This document shows, piece by piece, positions 23,100-36,980 of a DNA stretch of 64,000 nt. Below the pieces are notes generated by a model. That model ran no database searches. It saw only the letters and a list, made by a program, of their open reading frames with translations, and was not told the origin of the DNA. Source of the stretch: Rhynchobatus australiae (lineage: Eukaryota); contig JAUZTB010000027.1 of the NCBI GenBank assembly GCA_034780895.1, positions 18,578,273-18,642,272 on the forward strand, read 5' to 3'. A program made the position numbers and the translations under genes. Within the stretch, counting starts at the first letter, position 1; each line of letters opens with the position of its first letter.

Positions 23100-23505
23100 G
23101 TTTGGAAGTAGGAATAACGGCCCCTTAAGCCTGCTGAGCCTTGTAATTAGATCATGGCTGGTATGATTATAAACTCAACTCTTTATTCTTGTCTAACTGT
23201 GGTAATCCTCACCCCTTTGCTCACCAAATATCCATCTCCCTCTGCCTTAAAAATATTCAAAGACTCTTCAATCAATCCACCCCTCCCCTTTGAAGAAGTG
23301 ATCCAAAGCCTCATGACTGTGAAAAAAGAAAAAAACTCTGTCTTATAGAGATGTCTCCAATTTTTAAACAGTGACTCCTTAGTTCTATATTCTCTCATAA
23401 GAGGAAACAATCCACTTCCCATCCACCCTGTCACGATCCCTCATTCTTTTAAACTCCAGCAGCAATAATCCAGACTGTTCAACCTTTCCTCAGAAGACAA
23501 TCTAC
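23100..23505 (-). mobile_element. CR1 LINE 3' end (second subfamily), degenerate
   Basis: Minus ORF contains LFPLMREYRT...LWITSS...IEESLNIFKAEGDGYLVSKG. Confidence 0.7.
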
Positions 23506-24469
23506 TAGGTTATTGACACCTCCTTTCAATGGTAATATGATGCTGAACAAGAGCAATTATAAATTTGCTTGAGATAAAGTATGAACAACACTGACAACTG
23601 AAAAGGAAAAGGAAATGCCACCATTATAACACATACATCATGGTTTCTTTTTTGCAAGTATATCATTACACCATTAAGTTTTTTTAATGCAGTACAGTAA
23701 TTTTAAAACACTATCCACTGAATTTTTGGTATAATTATTCCATGATTCAAGCCCTCACAATTGATTTTCATGATGTATTCCAGAACCTAATTGCTGGCAT
23801 ATGTTGTTACTAGAGCTCTATTTGTGTACATGTAATTCAGTTCAGTCTTGCATAATACACCGAATGTACCAATAAAACCATTTTTAACATCAGCCTTTAA
23901 ATGGTCTTTAAATCTATAGAATATCTCATTCCCTAGCTGAGATTCCTGGGCAAGTACAAGCACAGAATTAGTTTTTTTTTCTTTAATCAATAATTTTTTT
24001 ACACAAGTTTATAACAGATGCTTTGTCCATTTTTACTTATTAAAGATTTGTGTTAATAACACATATATTGGAAAAGATTTTCATTTCATGGACTATGATG
24101 AACTAATTAGAATCCACCTGTAAAAGTTAGAGATTATACTTTACATAGTTGTAATTACAGGATTTTGAGAATGTCTTGTGGAATCCTTGGAATGAATGAG
24201 ATTCACGGTTATCCTACATAATGCGAGTACCATCTTAATGTCATTTGCCTGGGCTAATATAATTTAGATGAATATTTCATTCCTCTGGAGAAGTTGAATG
24301 GATTAGAGTAAACCTCTGTGGACTTAACGCATCCACCCAAGAAGATAACACATGTTCATATCCTTCACTGAGGTGAAACACAATATATAAATCCAAAACG
24401 CAGACCTTTTGAGATTGCTAGTAATATCAAGCAAAAAGTATCAAGCAAATGATTTTACTTTGGTGGAGC

Positions 24470-24625
24470 CACAAGAGACTGTAGGTGCTGGAATCTGGAA
24501 CAAAATGAAAGGTCAAAACATTGACTGTCCATTTCTCTCCACAAATGCTGCCTGACTCGCTGAGTTCCTCCAGCAGTTTGTTTTTATTGCTCCAGATTCC
24601 AGCATCTGAAATCTCCTATGTCTCA
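24470..24625. mobile_element. Penelope-like inverted terminal pair
   Basis: ACAAGAGACTGTAGGTGCTGGAATCTGGA and its inverse TCCAGATTCCAGCATCTG enclose the terminal motif. Confidence 0.6.
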
Positions 24626-25784
24626 ATTTGTCTTTGGTACCATCCCAGATTGAAATTGGTTGATTCCACTGACACCGATATAACTGAGTGCATTGGGTAA
24701 TGGTAAAGGCTGAGACTTCTGCAATTTGGCTCATCTCCTGACCCCTCAGTCTCCTTTACCATCCAACAGGTTTCACTGATAACCTCCAGTTAAAAAAAAT
24801 GTGGAATATTCCCCACATGCTTAAATGGACATCATCAAAGCATCTCTTGGAAAGCTTAATGTCACTAAGATTGTATCTGTGTAATCCCTCTGTGTCTACC
24901 TTCCAGAAAAACACAATATATTGCAGTTCCTCTTCCAGGTTAGTGCAGGGACAATGGGAATGAGCAATGAAAACAGATGCCGGGAAATAGCAGAAATTGG
25001 AAGGGTGACTCCAGAAACAATTTAGAGATAAAAAATTCTTTACAATAAGTATGCACTGAAACTGTGGTAAGGAGAATTCTTAAAGTGAAGTCAGAAGAGG
25101 AGAAGCTCTGGGATTGAGTTAATCATATGAATAAACAGTTATGTACTTCTTTCTGCTTTGAACATGTGCCTCCTAAGTTTTTAAGAAAACCCTAAGTTTT
25201 AATTCAGGTTATACACAAATAAAAAAGAATTAGAACTGGCAAGGAAGGTAACCCAAAAAGAATGGAGGATACATAATTTATGGACTGAAACAGAACCTGG
25301 GAAGGAGAATGGCTAACAACATGGGACAACAAGAACATAAGCAACAGCAAAAAAACATAAAACTTTAAAATTTTTTCAAACAGAGTTTAAGAAAGGCATA
25401 TTCTACTATAAAGCTTGTACTAAGTAAACACTAAAGATGAATAAAGGCAAAGAGGAAATGTTAAAGTTGGAGGAGAATAGACAGCAAGAGAGAAAATTGC
25501 ACGAGAAGAGTTAGAAAACAATCAGGAAATGAAGGAGCAATTATAAATTATCAAGGGACATAAAACAGAATATTCCACAGTGCATACTTTATACATTATT
25601 TGGAAAGAATTAGGATTATTAATGTATGACCAGGACAAAATCACAGCAGTGGCAACAAAATGTGAATGTATTACTTCAGTATTTAACAGACAGATCAAGT
25701 AAACGTTACATTAGAAATGAAATTAACACAGAGTAATATTAAATAAACTGATGAATTAAACATAATTGTTGGAGAAATGAGTAA

Positions 25785-26530
25785 GAGATTGCAGATGATA
25801 CAAAATTCAGCCATGTGGTTACATGAGGAGGAAAGCTACAGATGAATTGATTCCAGAGAAGTGTGGGGTGATGCATTTGAAGATATGCAACAGGGCAAAT
25901 AAATACACAATGAATAGGAGAATACTGAGTGATGTGGAGGAACAGCAGGACTTCAAAGTGTATGCAGGCATAGAACACAAGAGCAGGGAAGTTATGCTGG
26001 AATTGTTTATGCTACTAGTTAGGCCACAGCATGAGAAATGAAGACTGGTTTGGTTACAGGGAATATTTTATTGTACTGGAGAGGTGCAGAAGGGATTAAC
26101 AAAGTTGTTGTCAGGACTGGAAATTTTTCACCATGAGATAAGATCGGATAGGCTTGGATTGTTTTCTTTGCAGCAGAGGAGACTAAATGAGGCAGGTGAG
26201 GCAAAGAGACTCTGCTTCCATTTGTTGGAAGGGATATAACAGGAGACTATCAATGTAAGATAGCCACTAAGAAATCAGAGAGATTTCTGAATAAGACTCT
26301 TTATCCAGAGCATGAGAAACACATGAAATTAGCATCAATAAGGATTAGTAGAAGAAAATAGTTGAGATGCTTTTGAGGACAAACTAGGCAAGCATGTGAG
26401 GATGAAAGGAATTGAAGTTTGTGCCAAAAATTAGATGCAGAAGAATGGGAGAAAGCTAAAGCTGAACATAAACACTGTTTGAACACAGATTAATGGAGCT
26501 GAGCACTCAGTTCTGTGTTTGATATGTTAA
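25785..26530 (+). mobile_element. CR1 LINE RT C-terminus and 3' end, degenerate
   Basis: GCAGATGATACAAAA (ADDTK), KCGVMH, GIEHKSREVMLELFMLLVRP. Confidence 0.75.
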
Positions 26531-26667
26531 TTGTAGGAAACTTCAACAGAATGGTTCTCCTTTGCAAACAATTGAGAAGGACAAGAGCATCAAATTGTGG
26601 GAGCTTTCAATTTTTCTTCTAAGTCTCACACAAGCAGTTTTCCTTTCCTTCATTGTCACTTCCCTGA

Positions 26668-27000
26668 CTAAATTGGTAAAATGGTTTATTACTGTCACAT
26701 GTACCAAGGTGCAGTGAAAAACTTTGTTTTGCTTGCTATCCATACAGATCATTTCATCATATCAGTACATTGAAGTAGTACAAAAGAAAAGCAATAACAG
26801 AATGCAGAATAAAGTGTTACAGTTATAGAGAAAGTGCAGTGCAGGCAGACAATAAGGTGCATGATGAGGTAGACTGTGAGGTCAAGAGTCCATCTTATCA
26901 TACAAAGGGACTGTTCAATAGTCTTATAACAGTGGGATAGAAGCTGTATTTGATCCTGGTAGTTACGTGCCTTCAGGCTTTTGTATCTTCCACCAGATGG
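26668..27000 (-). mobile_element. Rex1/Babar LINE 3' end
   Basis: Reverse-complement homologue of 2935-3392; translates PSGGRYKSLKAR. Confidence 0.8.
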
Positions 27001-27670
27001 GACCATTGTGAATTTTCTGTACAAGATCCATTGAAATATCAATTGAAGAAAAAAGAAAATCAAATTCTTTTTATCATGGCTTAATAGCAATGAAAAGTGA
27101 TTTATTTCTTCTAATATGGTTAAAGGACACTAAATCATTAACAAACATGTCCAGTGTGGTATAGACCGAGAACAAGCAGGATGAGGCAGGGTATATGATC
27201 TTTTCAAGAATGTACTGTATGTTCAACATTACAGCAAGAAAAATGCACTTTGTCCTAAGCATTGCAATGCACACAAGATATTTAAAAAATCTTGCCACTT
27301 AATAGCACACCTACTGAAAAGAACATGACATACTGAACAGAGCATGACAAAAGGACTGGTGTTAACGTCATAGTGGCTTCCCTTAGTTTTGCATAACAGG
27401 TATGTTCTCTATGGGTGCTCAAAACAATCAAGTTTCTTTTATATGCTGGAATAATGCTCACTCCAATGTAATGTGTCACATACAATACAGCCATTCTGCC
27501 AGGGAGACACATTTTACCACCACTGCTGGAACTCCCAACAACTGAAGCCCCAGTGTGAAACAATTCTGGAAGTTGTCATTCTTTTCATTATGAATACTAC
27601 AGTGAAATCTCACATTACTGAAGCCCTTTGGAATTGGCAGTGCAGTTTGTTATATCAGAGTGTTTACTGT

Positions 27671-27985
27671 GTGGCATACAGTGGCGCCTCAGGTAGAGCT
27701 GTTGCTTCACAGCTCCAGTGACACAGGTTCAACTCTGACCTACAGTGCCATCTGTTTGCAATTTGTATATTCTCCCTGTGATCATGGTTGCTGTAGTTTC
27801 TTCCTACATACCAAAGATGTGCTGGTTGGTAGGTTAATTGGCTGTTGTAAATTACCCCAGCTGTAGTTGGGTGACAGGAGTGACTGAGCTAGTGAGAGAG
27901 TATAGTTACCAGGAATATGATTGATAGAGTTTCACTGATAGTTGCATCGACTTGATGGCCTCCTTCTATGATGTTATGAATATGA
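27671..27985 (+). mobile_element. V-SINE (HE1-like) tRNA-derived SINE
   Basis: tRNA-like head (CAGTGGCGC...GGTAGAGC...GGTTCAAC) and V-domain-like TTCTCCCTGTGA...CCAAAGATGTG...GGTTAATTGGC...TAAATTACCCC. Confidence 0.75.
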
Positions 27986-28785
27986 AATAGGTTGATGATT
28001 AGTGGCATTAGAAAAATGAAGAAATTATAAAATTTGACAGTATTCTGATTGTTAGATAGAAATCATTACACTGCATAATTTATTTGTAGTTAACAGTCCC
28101 AATAGATCCCCAGTTCTCGGAATGACTGGCAACTTTTTGGCATTTGCACTTAATAATTGCTTGGCACTGGCACTTCACTGTCTAGTTGCTTGAAAACACC
28201 AGTTTATTGCATTATATAAGGATTTTCATGAGTTGCAGTACTGTTAATCTCTTTCTGAATTGTCATTTCGTGTTCAATAGCAGATTTGATTTTCCCCAGA
28301 GCCTCTGCTATAGGGCTCGGGTTGGATAAATAGATGATTCTACTTGTCTAATAAAAGGAATTTTGTTACCATTTTGCTATGGCATAGTTTCAAGGCAAAC
28401 AGTGTTAGTTGTTCTGAGTAAACAAGGACTGTCTGGCCCAGTGAAGATGAAAATCATGGTAGAAGGTAATAAATAGGTGTTGCACTACTGCTAACATCAC
28501 TGGGGCAAATTCCAGTGTTTCCATGATTCCTAAAGGAAGGTTAGAGATCAGTTTTTCCACCAGGTGCTAGGAAGGGCCAAAATCAAAGAAATTCTGCTCT
28601 ACACTGGGTTGAACCTGTTTTCAAATGTATCGCCTTTTTTTTCAGGGTTGTGAGATTGATCATTCAGGCTCATGAACGTTAGGTTAAATCTTGATTGATG
28701 GAGGTTGTTGGTAGGCAGTGATGGTGTGTGGAGAAGGGTCTGAGACTATTGGCAGAACTGGTGGGAAATAGCACTTAAGGATGCA

Positions 28786-28995
28786 TTCACTGAACATTTT
28801 TTCATGCAGTGTTGTTTTGCTCTCCTTAGGGCATGGTTCCTGGCAATGATTGCCATGGCCATCTGCCTTTGAAGAGTTTGTGTGGAGTATTTCCAAGCTC
28901 AATGTGGAGAGATCACACCTCCCTTCCTTTGCACCAAACCTCTCTGCTGCAACACTGGAAGATCCTGGAGTCTACGCTCTCCCATGTTGTGCCAT
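28786..28995 (-). mobile_element. PIF/Harbinger Myb/SANT-like ORF relic
   Basis: Minus strand MAQHGRA*TPGSSSVAAE...QMAMAIIARNHALRRAKQHCMKK follows the Myb/SANT-like pattern (R.PRFS..E..LV...W..IA..VNA.....R...QC.KK) with stops and frameshifts. Confidence 0.5.
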
Positions 28996-31900
28996 TACTT
29001 TCCAAGCCAATGTATCTTCTACGTCAACATCCACTACCTCATCCAGCCATGATATGCTTCCATTGTAACAGGTGCTGGCTGATTAATATTGCCATCCACC
29101 CCTCCCCTCTCTCCCTTATCAAAGCATGCAGACAATGCAAGTAGCAGTACTTTTTAAAGTTGGTTGCATGTTAATTGGAAGATGGCACAAAATTGCTGCC
29201 TGCATCAAAAGGGCATAACTTAAATATGGGCATCGATCCCTGTGTCATATTCAATGGTAATTTAAATTAAGCCTCATGATATTTTTATTGCACACTTCAT
29301 GGTGCATCATGATGTAGAAGTTTCCCAACTCCATTTATGTAAGTATTTTGTAACTCTGAGGGGAGAAAACTTAAGTTTCAGACACAGCTTTCTCAAATAA
29401 CCATGTACAGTAAAATGGCCCCCATATGCACACTCAGTTTGTAGCATTACAGAAAAGCTGACCATCCATTTTCATGTCAGTAACTAGTGCGGAGAAGGGA
29501 ATGGGACAGTGTTGATTCATTTTAGATTGCTCTTACCAGGATCTGAGATAGACGCAATAGATTTGAATGATAAACTCCTATGATGTAAATTCTGTTAATG
29601 TCGTATGGGCAATGTCTTTTGGACAAAGTTTGTGCTTCCCTTTTTCTCCTCATTTTCCTTCATGTCATCTGCAGCTAACCTCTTGGTATATACTTGAATC
29701 TTTTGACCACATTCTCTATCATCAAGATCAGTTGTGCCAGTTTTTTTTTGTTTGGAATGGGACATTGGGTGTTAGTGAACTTGAGCCAGAGAAAGTATTT
29801 TATGGGAAGGAGATATTGGAAAGCAGATTACACAATAACCATAGAAATAATGTTTATAGGTTTCTCTGAGCATTGCCAGCAGAAACCTTGGAAGAAGTGA
29901 CTATCCTGCCCTTTCAAATGGTAAAATCATATGTGAGGTAAAGAACTTTCTTTAAAAAAGGAAAAAGTGTAAATGAGAAGAAAACACTCCCAAGACCTTC
30001 AGGCATTGATTTTTCTTTTCCTTTTCAGCTACTCAGTGTTTCTCTTGGGAATCAATAACTTGATGTCTTCAAGCCATTCTTGTCAACATTTTACATGTTA
30101 TTGATGGCAGTATCCATACCAACTTGCTAAGTGCAGATTTGAGTGGCATTTATTCTTTTTTTAGGAAATAAATGGGAACATAAAATAGCTAATGCGATCT
30201 ACTAAATAGTGATATTGTGTCACCTGTGTTAAACATTAGTTGCTGCTTTTTCCCTTGATTCATACTAAAGGAAAATAAAATAAATTATTAGACCCAAGTG
30301 ACGTCTACAATCCAAGACCAGCAGATGAAAAAATGAACCATTTACTTTCATTATCCTGTTACCATTGTGCCGAAGCAAGGATTTTCTTTTGGGTGAGAGG
30401 GTAAGTATGTAGCATGCTGCTGAGTGGAGGCATATTCTTTAGCCAACNNNNNNNNNNNNNNNNNNNNNNNNNNNNNNNNNNNNACTTCCTTGGATGGTGG
30501 ATGGAACAGTAGAGTGTAACATTATCTTTTCTGTCCTAGACCTCCAGGGATCTTGTTTTAAGTCTAATCCAAATGGAGGTATAGGTCATGACTTCCTGCT
30601 GCCAGCACGTGGTCCAAAGTAAAATGGATCTCAGCATTTTCAAGTCCATTCTTAGGGAACTTGATTTAACAGCGCAAAAGTAGCCTCGAAGTTCACCATA
30701 AGTACTAGCTAACTAATGGCCCCAGATAGCCTTGAGCTTCCATTGGCCGAGTTTGAGATCTTATCTCTAGGAAATAAAAAAGGAATGTGTTAATCAACTC
30801 TAAGGCGTGTTTTAGAGAAAAGAAACTGGTACTTGCCCTCTTCAATACTGTCCCTAATCTAACATTAAAAGTAAAATAAAATAAATGTATTCTGTTTCTT
30901 TCATATAATTTAGTTGAAGTAAATCATCATTTTCACAAAGGACAATAACTTGAGTCAATATGTGGTTGAGAACAATATTTGGTGCAAGCTGCAAAACAAG
31001 TAGGGTACTCTGAAGGTTAAAACACATGTGCAGAGGGCTGTAAATCAAACAGCAGTTTATAAATTTACATTAGGGCTTCCAACATTTTTATATTGAGCAA
31101 TGTCTAGCATGCTAATTATATTAGGTCATCATTTTCATCTGGAAGAAAGCGATCTCTGGCTGTATTTCTATATGGATGGACTATAGAATGGTGGTATGTT
31201 GCCAGTTATTGTACTGAAGTCTTGTTTGAATTAGTGTCTGGTAAATGAATGCACCCCACTGTGATGTAAAGACTGTGCTCCCAGTGGTTTATACTATCTT
31301 TAGTGAAAGGGATATTTATATCTTCCAGACAGGTAATTAATCACTCAGTAGGTTTTTGGGTACGTGCATTCATAGATCTTTTTGTACTGCCAACAACCAC
31401 AAGCATGGCCACAATTAAAATGCTGATTTAATTTCTAGCAACAAGGCACGAAATGTCCATGTTCAAATGATGCTGACTCAAGAACTACCTATGTATAAAT
31501 GGAAACAAATGCTGTAAGAAATTAAATAATTTTAATTGCACTTTTTATTCCTGGGGAAAGTAGACCTGGGAACATTTGCAACTCAGTAATGCTATAATAG
31601 ATCTGGGTTGTCAGGTTTTTTTTTGCATTTTCAAGGCCATAATTTCTTTGTTGACCTACAAAGGATTGTTGAAATGAAAACCTGCATAATTTGCACATTC
31701 AAATATACTTTTCACTATTTTTAATAGGGTGTTTGAAGTTTTGTAGTAGGCAACCGATAATATTATTCAATATAAAGGTATCCCTTTCCATCTTCCAGTT
31801 ATAAGGGAACATTTCCCTTCAGTGTATTTTGANNNNNNNNNNNNNNNNNNNNNNNNNNNNNNNNNNNNNNNNNNNNNNNNNNNNNNNNNNNNNNNNNNNN

Positions 31901-32489
31901 NNNNNNNNNNNNNNNNNNNNNNNNNNNNNNNNNNNNNNNNNNNNNNNNNNNNNNNNNNNNNNNNNNNNCAACTAGAATATACTTTTATTTCAAATTTATC
32001 CAAGTAAGATGAAGAATACTTAATGTTTTGGGTTTATATGTTTTCAGAAAGTAATGGTTGTGGGTTTGAAAGATTTGATTACTTTGAAAGTCAAAGGGTA
32101 TAGAAAGAAAACACCAGATCAACATTCTATGTCATACTCTGGAGCATTGAGTTTGCTAAACCTAGTTGAGAAAATAGGTTTATTTCCATTCCACTCCTCC
32201 ATGTATCTGAAGGTTCTAAGTGCAAGAATTTTTGCTTTGGGTTGGGACAATTTGAGATGGAAATCAAGAAAGTGGATACATATTAGGATACCAGCCCATA
32301 AGCAACAATTTTGTTTGCAAATATATCATGGCCCTCAGTTAAAGATGCAAGATTCACAACAATTAATAATTAAAAATAAAATCAAATAATAATTAAATAA
32401 ACATTAATAATTTAAAAATCTATAAAAAAAGTTCTTCGCTTCATTCCAACTCAAATAGAACACTTTTTATTTTGTCCATGAGAATATGT

Positions 32490-34980
32490 TAGAACATAGA
32501 ACAGTGCAGCACAAGAACAGGCTCTTTGGTCCATGATGTTGTGCTGAACTAATTAAATTAGTAGTCAAATGCCCAACTAAACTAATCCCTTCTGCCTACA
32601 CAAAGTCTATATCCCTCCATTTCCTGCACATTTATGTGCCTATCTAAGAGCCTCTTGAATGCCTCTATCGTATTTGTCTCCACCACCACCCCTGGCAGTG
32701 CATTCCAGGCACCCACCACTCTGTGTAAAAACTCCTCTGAACTTACTCCTCTCATCTTAAATCTGATGACATTTCAGCCCTGGGAAGAAAGATACTGGCT
32801 GTATACTCTAGCTATACCTCTCATAATCTTATAAACCTCTATCAGATCTCTCCTCAGCTTCCGCTACTCCAGAGAAAACAACCCAAGTTTGTGCAACCTC
32901 TCCTTGCAGCACATGCCCTCTAGTCCAGGCAGCATCCTGGTAAACCAAAGCCTCCACATCCTTTCTGTAATGGGGTGACTAGAACTGAATGCAATAATCT
33001 AGATGCAGTCTAACTAGAGTTTAATAAAGCTGCAACATAACTTCCTGACTCTTGAACTTAGTTCCTTGACTAATAAAGGCATGCATGCTATATGCCTTCT
33101 TTACCACACTATCAACCTGTGTAGTCACTTTCAGGGAGTTGTGTACTTGGATCCCATGACCCCTCTGTGCATCAACACTGTTAAGGGTTCTGACATTAAT
33201 GGTGTACTGCCCCTTTACATTTGGTCTCCCAAAGTGCAACACTTCACATTTGGCCTGATTAAACTCCATCTGCTATTTCTCAGTGCATACCTGCAATTGA
33301 TCTGTATCCTGCCATATCCTTTGGCAGTCTTTTATGCTATCCACCAATCTTCATGTCGTCTGCAAATTTACTAACCCACCCGTCTATGTTTTCATCCAGG
33401 TCATTCATATATATCACAAGCAGCAGAGGTCCCCGTACAGATCCCTGTGGAGCACCACTAGTCACAGACCTCCATCCAGAATAAATCCCATTGACCACTA
33501 CCCTCTGTCTTCAATGGGCAAGCCAATTACGAATTCCAACACCATGGATCCCATGCATCTTAATCTCATGGATGATCCTCCCATGAGGGACCTTGTTAAG
33601 CACCTTACTAAAATCCATGTAGACAACATCAACAGCTCTACCTTTATCAATCACCTTTGTCATCTCCTTGAAATATTCAATCCAGTAGTAAGGTACGACC
33701 TGCCCCACACAAAGCCATGCTGACTGTCCCTAATTAGGCCTTGGTTTCCCAAATGCTCATAAATCCTACCCCGAAGAATTGCCTCCAGTAAATTCCCTAC
33801 CACTGTCCTGAGACTCACCGGTCTATAGTTTCCAAGATTATCCCTGTGTCCCTTCTTGAATAACAGGACAACATTAGCTACTCACCAGTCCTCCGGGACC
33901 TTGCCTGTGGCTAGAGAGGACATGAAGATATTGGTCAAGGTCTCAGCAATCTCATCTCTTGCCTTTATCAATAACCTGGGGTATATCCCATCAGGCCCTG
34001 GGGACTTATCCACCTTAATGCTCTTTAAGATACCCAACACTACCTCCTTTATCTCAAAATGCCCTAGCATATTAGCCAGCTCCATACCGATCTCCCTATC
34101 CTCCACATTCTTTTCCTTGGTAAATACTGATGCAAAGTACTTATTTAGGACCTCTCCCACATCTTCCGCCTCCAAGTACATGTTCCCTCCTTTATCCTTA
34201 AGTGGTCCTACCCACTCCCTAAAGAACCTCTTGATCTTGATGTATGTATAGAATACCTTGGGATTCTCTTTAATCCTACTTGCATGGCTCCTCCTGGCTC
34301 TCCTCATTCCCTTCTTCAGTTCTTTTCTGGCTTCTGTTTAATCTTCAAGGGGTCTGTTTGATTTTAGCTTCCTAAATCTTACATATTCTTACGTTTTCTT
34401 CTTGACTGAATTCACCACCTCTCTCATCTTCGTTTGCCATCCTTGTCCTTCCTTCTTACTGGAACATACTTGTCCTGTGCTCTGTGCAGTTGGTCGATAA
34501 ACATCATGTCAGATATGGACTTGCCCAGAAACAGCTGTTCCCAATTAACTCTCCCAAACTCCTGCATAATGCTCTCATAATTTGCCCTGCTCCAATTTAA
34601 TACTCTCCAGCAAGGTACATACTTATCCTTATCTATAGCTATGTTAAAATTTAAGGTGTTATGGTCACTGTTCCCTAGTTGTTCTTCCACTGAAAGGTCA
34701 GTCACTTGGCCAGGCTCATAAGCCAACACCAGGTCCAGGAGGGCCCATCTTCTTGTTGGACTATCTGAATATTGATTTAAGAAACCCTGGATGCACCTAA
34801 CAAATTCTGCTGCATCTAAACCTCTTTCGCTAAAGAGGTCCGAGTCTATATTGGGGAAGTTGAAGTCACCCGCTACAATAACCCTATTGTTTTTAAACCT
34901 TTCCCTAGTCTGCCTGCNNNNNNNNNNNNNNNNNNNNGTGGTGAGGGGGGTGGTCTGTAGTATAATCCCGTCAGAGTGAT
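32490..34980 (-). mobile_element. CR1 LINE, long ORF2 remnant (endonuclease, RT, 3' tail)
   Basis: Collinear ORF pieces: EQLGNSDHN; IKENPKVFYTYIK...DKSPGPDGIYPRLL...TGKVPEDW; VDVVYMDFSK..KVPHGR; MEFNQAKCEVLHFG. Tail AGAACATAGAAC at the left end. Many frameshifts. Confidence 0.95.
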
Positions 34981-35989
34981 GTTGAAAAGAGTTTGACTAA
35001 ATATGCTTCACTAAATCTAAGTTTCTTCACAGTTTCTTTACTTGATTTGTAAATTCATGACCAATTTAGCTTTTTGTGGCATTGATGGAAAGATAGACAC
35101 TTTTATTATTTATACTGGTGCTTCTTTATATAGTGGATTCTTTGTATGGATGTAGCAAGTTCTTACATCTCTACAAATGCATTGAAACATCCACAGTATA
35201 ACTTTATAATACAGATATTCATTATAATATAAACTGCAGAAATTATGCTACTTTTCCATGATTTTTCTGCCAAAGTTGTGGTGGAAAAGTGGAAGAACAC
35301 CTCTGGGTATTCACCTTCTTGTATCTTTACTGGCACCTCAGTCAAAAACTATATACAGTTAAAAGAGTGTGGATTATGAATGATATAAAATAATCTGCAT
35401 ATACTTGTGTTGTTTCTGAAGTGTTCCATCATACATTAAAAAAAAGAATTGGTTGATGCTCCATCGATATAATTAATGCAGTTGATTGCATTGATAATAT
35501 CTACAATGAATATTAGAGATATCAAACTAAAATATTAACTCTTTCTCTTTCTATGGATGCTGCCTAACCTATTGATTTTTCCAGCATTATCTGTTTTATT
35601 TCAGATTCCAGCATCAGCAGCATTTTATTTTTTGATATTAAGGTATTAATCCATTTTGTCTGGAATATAGTTTTGCCTGTGAATTCCAGCTCACCCTATA
35701 AGTTAAGCTTAAATGCGCAGACGTCGTGGAACAATGACTGTTTGGGTTGTTGTCCAACCACTTCAGACTTCAATTACAACAAGAGTCCAAGACCTTGGCT
35801 GCAACAGATGGGGGGCTGCACATTCTCATTGACAACATTTTGATGCTTAATCCTCCTCTCCAGAAATGGAGGGAAGTGGGAAATCAGAGGCTAAATCACA
35901 GATGTATCTGGTATGAGGTGGGAGTCCAACAATTGATGGGGGGTATTATGTGATTGGGAGAGGGGACCAGCATATCTTTGTCAGGACGC

Positions 35990-36980
35990 TAAGAGATTGG
36001 GAGAGCAGACTCTCCCGATCTGCTGGGAGTTGGGAGGATGGTCAGGATTAGAGGCTGGGTGAAGGAGTGGGAGATTGGGAGCTGGAAGTTTGTGGGAGGG
36101 CAGTAGAGAAGAGACAGGATGTTGTGGAATTGCAGGGATTAAAGATCGTTAGTTTGTGGGAGAGCTGGGAACTCCCTGTTTCCAATTCCACAACCCCATC
36201 TACTCTCTAATCCCATTTTCCCAGATGGGCTTCCAGTCTTTAAGCCCCACTCTCCCAGAAGTTTGTTATAGAGAATAGGATGAAGACTAGAAGGGGATAC
36301 AGAATTGGAAATGGAGTTTTTGGGGGAGTGGCAGATTGGAGACTAGCAATATGTAGGAGAGCAGGATATCAGAGACTGGGAATTTGTTGGGGAGCAGCAT
36401 TCAGATTCCAGGAAGGGTGGGGCATGAGAGGTTGGGAGTTTGTTTGGCCATGGGGATTGGATGCCATGGGGCAGGAGGGGATTAGGTACTGGGAGTTGTT
36501 GGGATAGTGGGGACCAGAGGCCTGGAAGGAGTGAGGATTGGCGACTGGGTGTTTGTGGATGGAGAGGTAATGGACTTGCATGCGTTTGTTAGAGAGCAGG
36601 GAGTTGGGGGCAGGGTCAAGACTGATGGAGGATTTCAGGGTCAGGATGTCCTCAGATTGGGGCTGGGAATATGTGCTGGACAAGGGGTGTAGCCAGCATT
36701 TGGGGATATTGTTGGGGTTGTGTGGTTAGGAGGCAGGGGATTGTATGAGCCTCAGGATGTAGCTAAGAAGTTTACTTGCCGCCCAGGTAAGTACTCCAGA
36801 AGTAGGACATAAATTCCCACTCTCTGATCTCCCGTTCTCCCACAAACTCCCTGTTTCTAATTCCACAACCCCTTCTAGTCTGCAATCCCATTCTCCAAAA
36901 TGAGCTTCCAGTCTCTAATCCCTGCTCTCCCACAAACTAACAATCTTTAATCTCCCACACACCCCACAAACTTCCTGTCA
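35990..36980. repeat. Degenerate G-rich minisatellite-like array with internally inverted blocks
   Basis: Recurring GGGAGTTTGTGGGAGAGCAGGGATT-like units. C-rich inverted blocks at 36170-36257 and 36820-36980. Confidence 0.6.
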
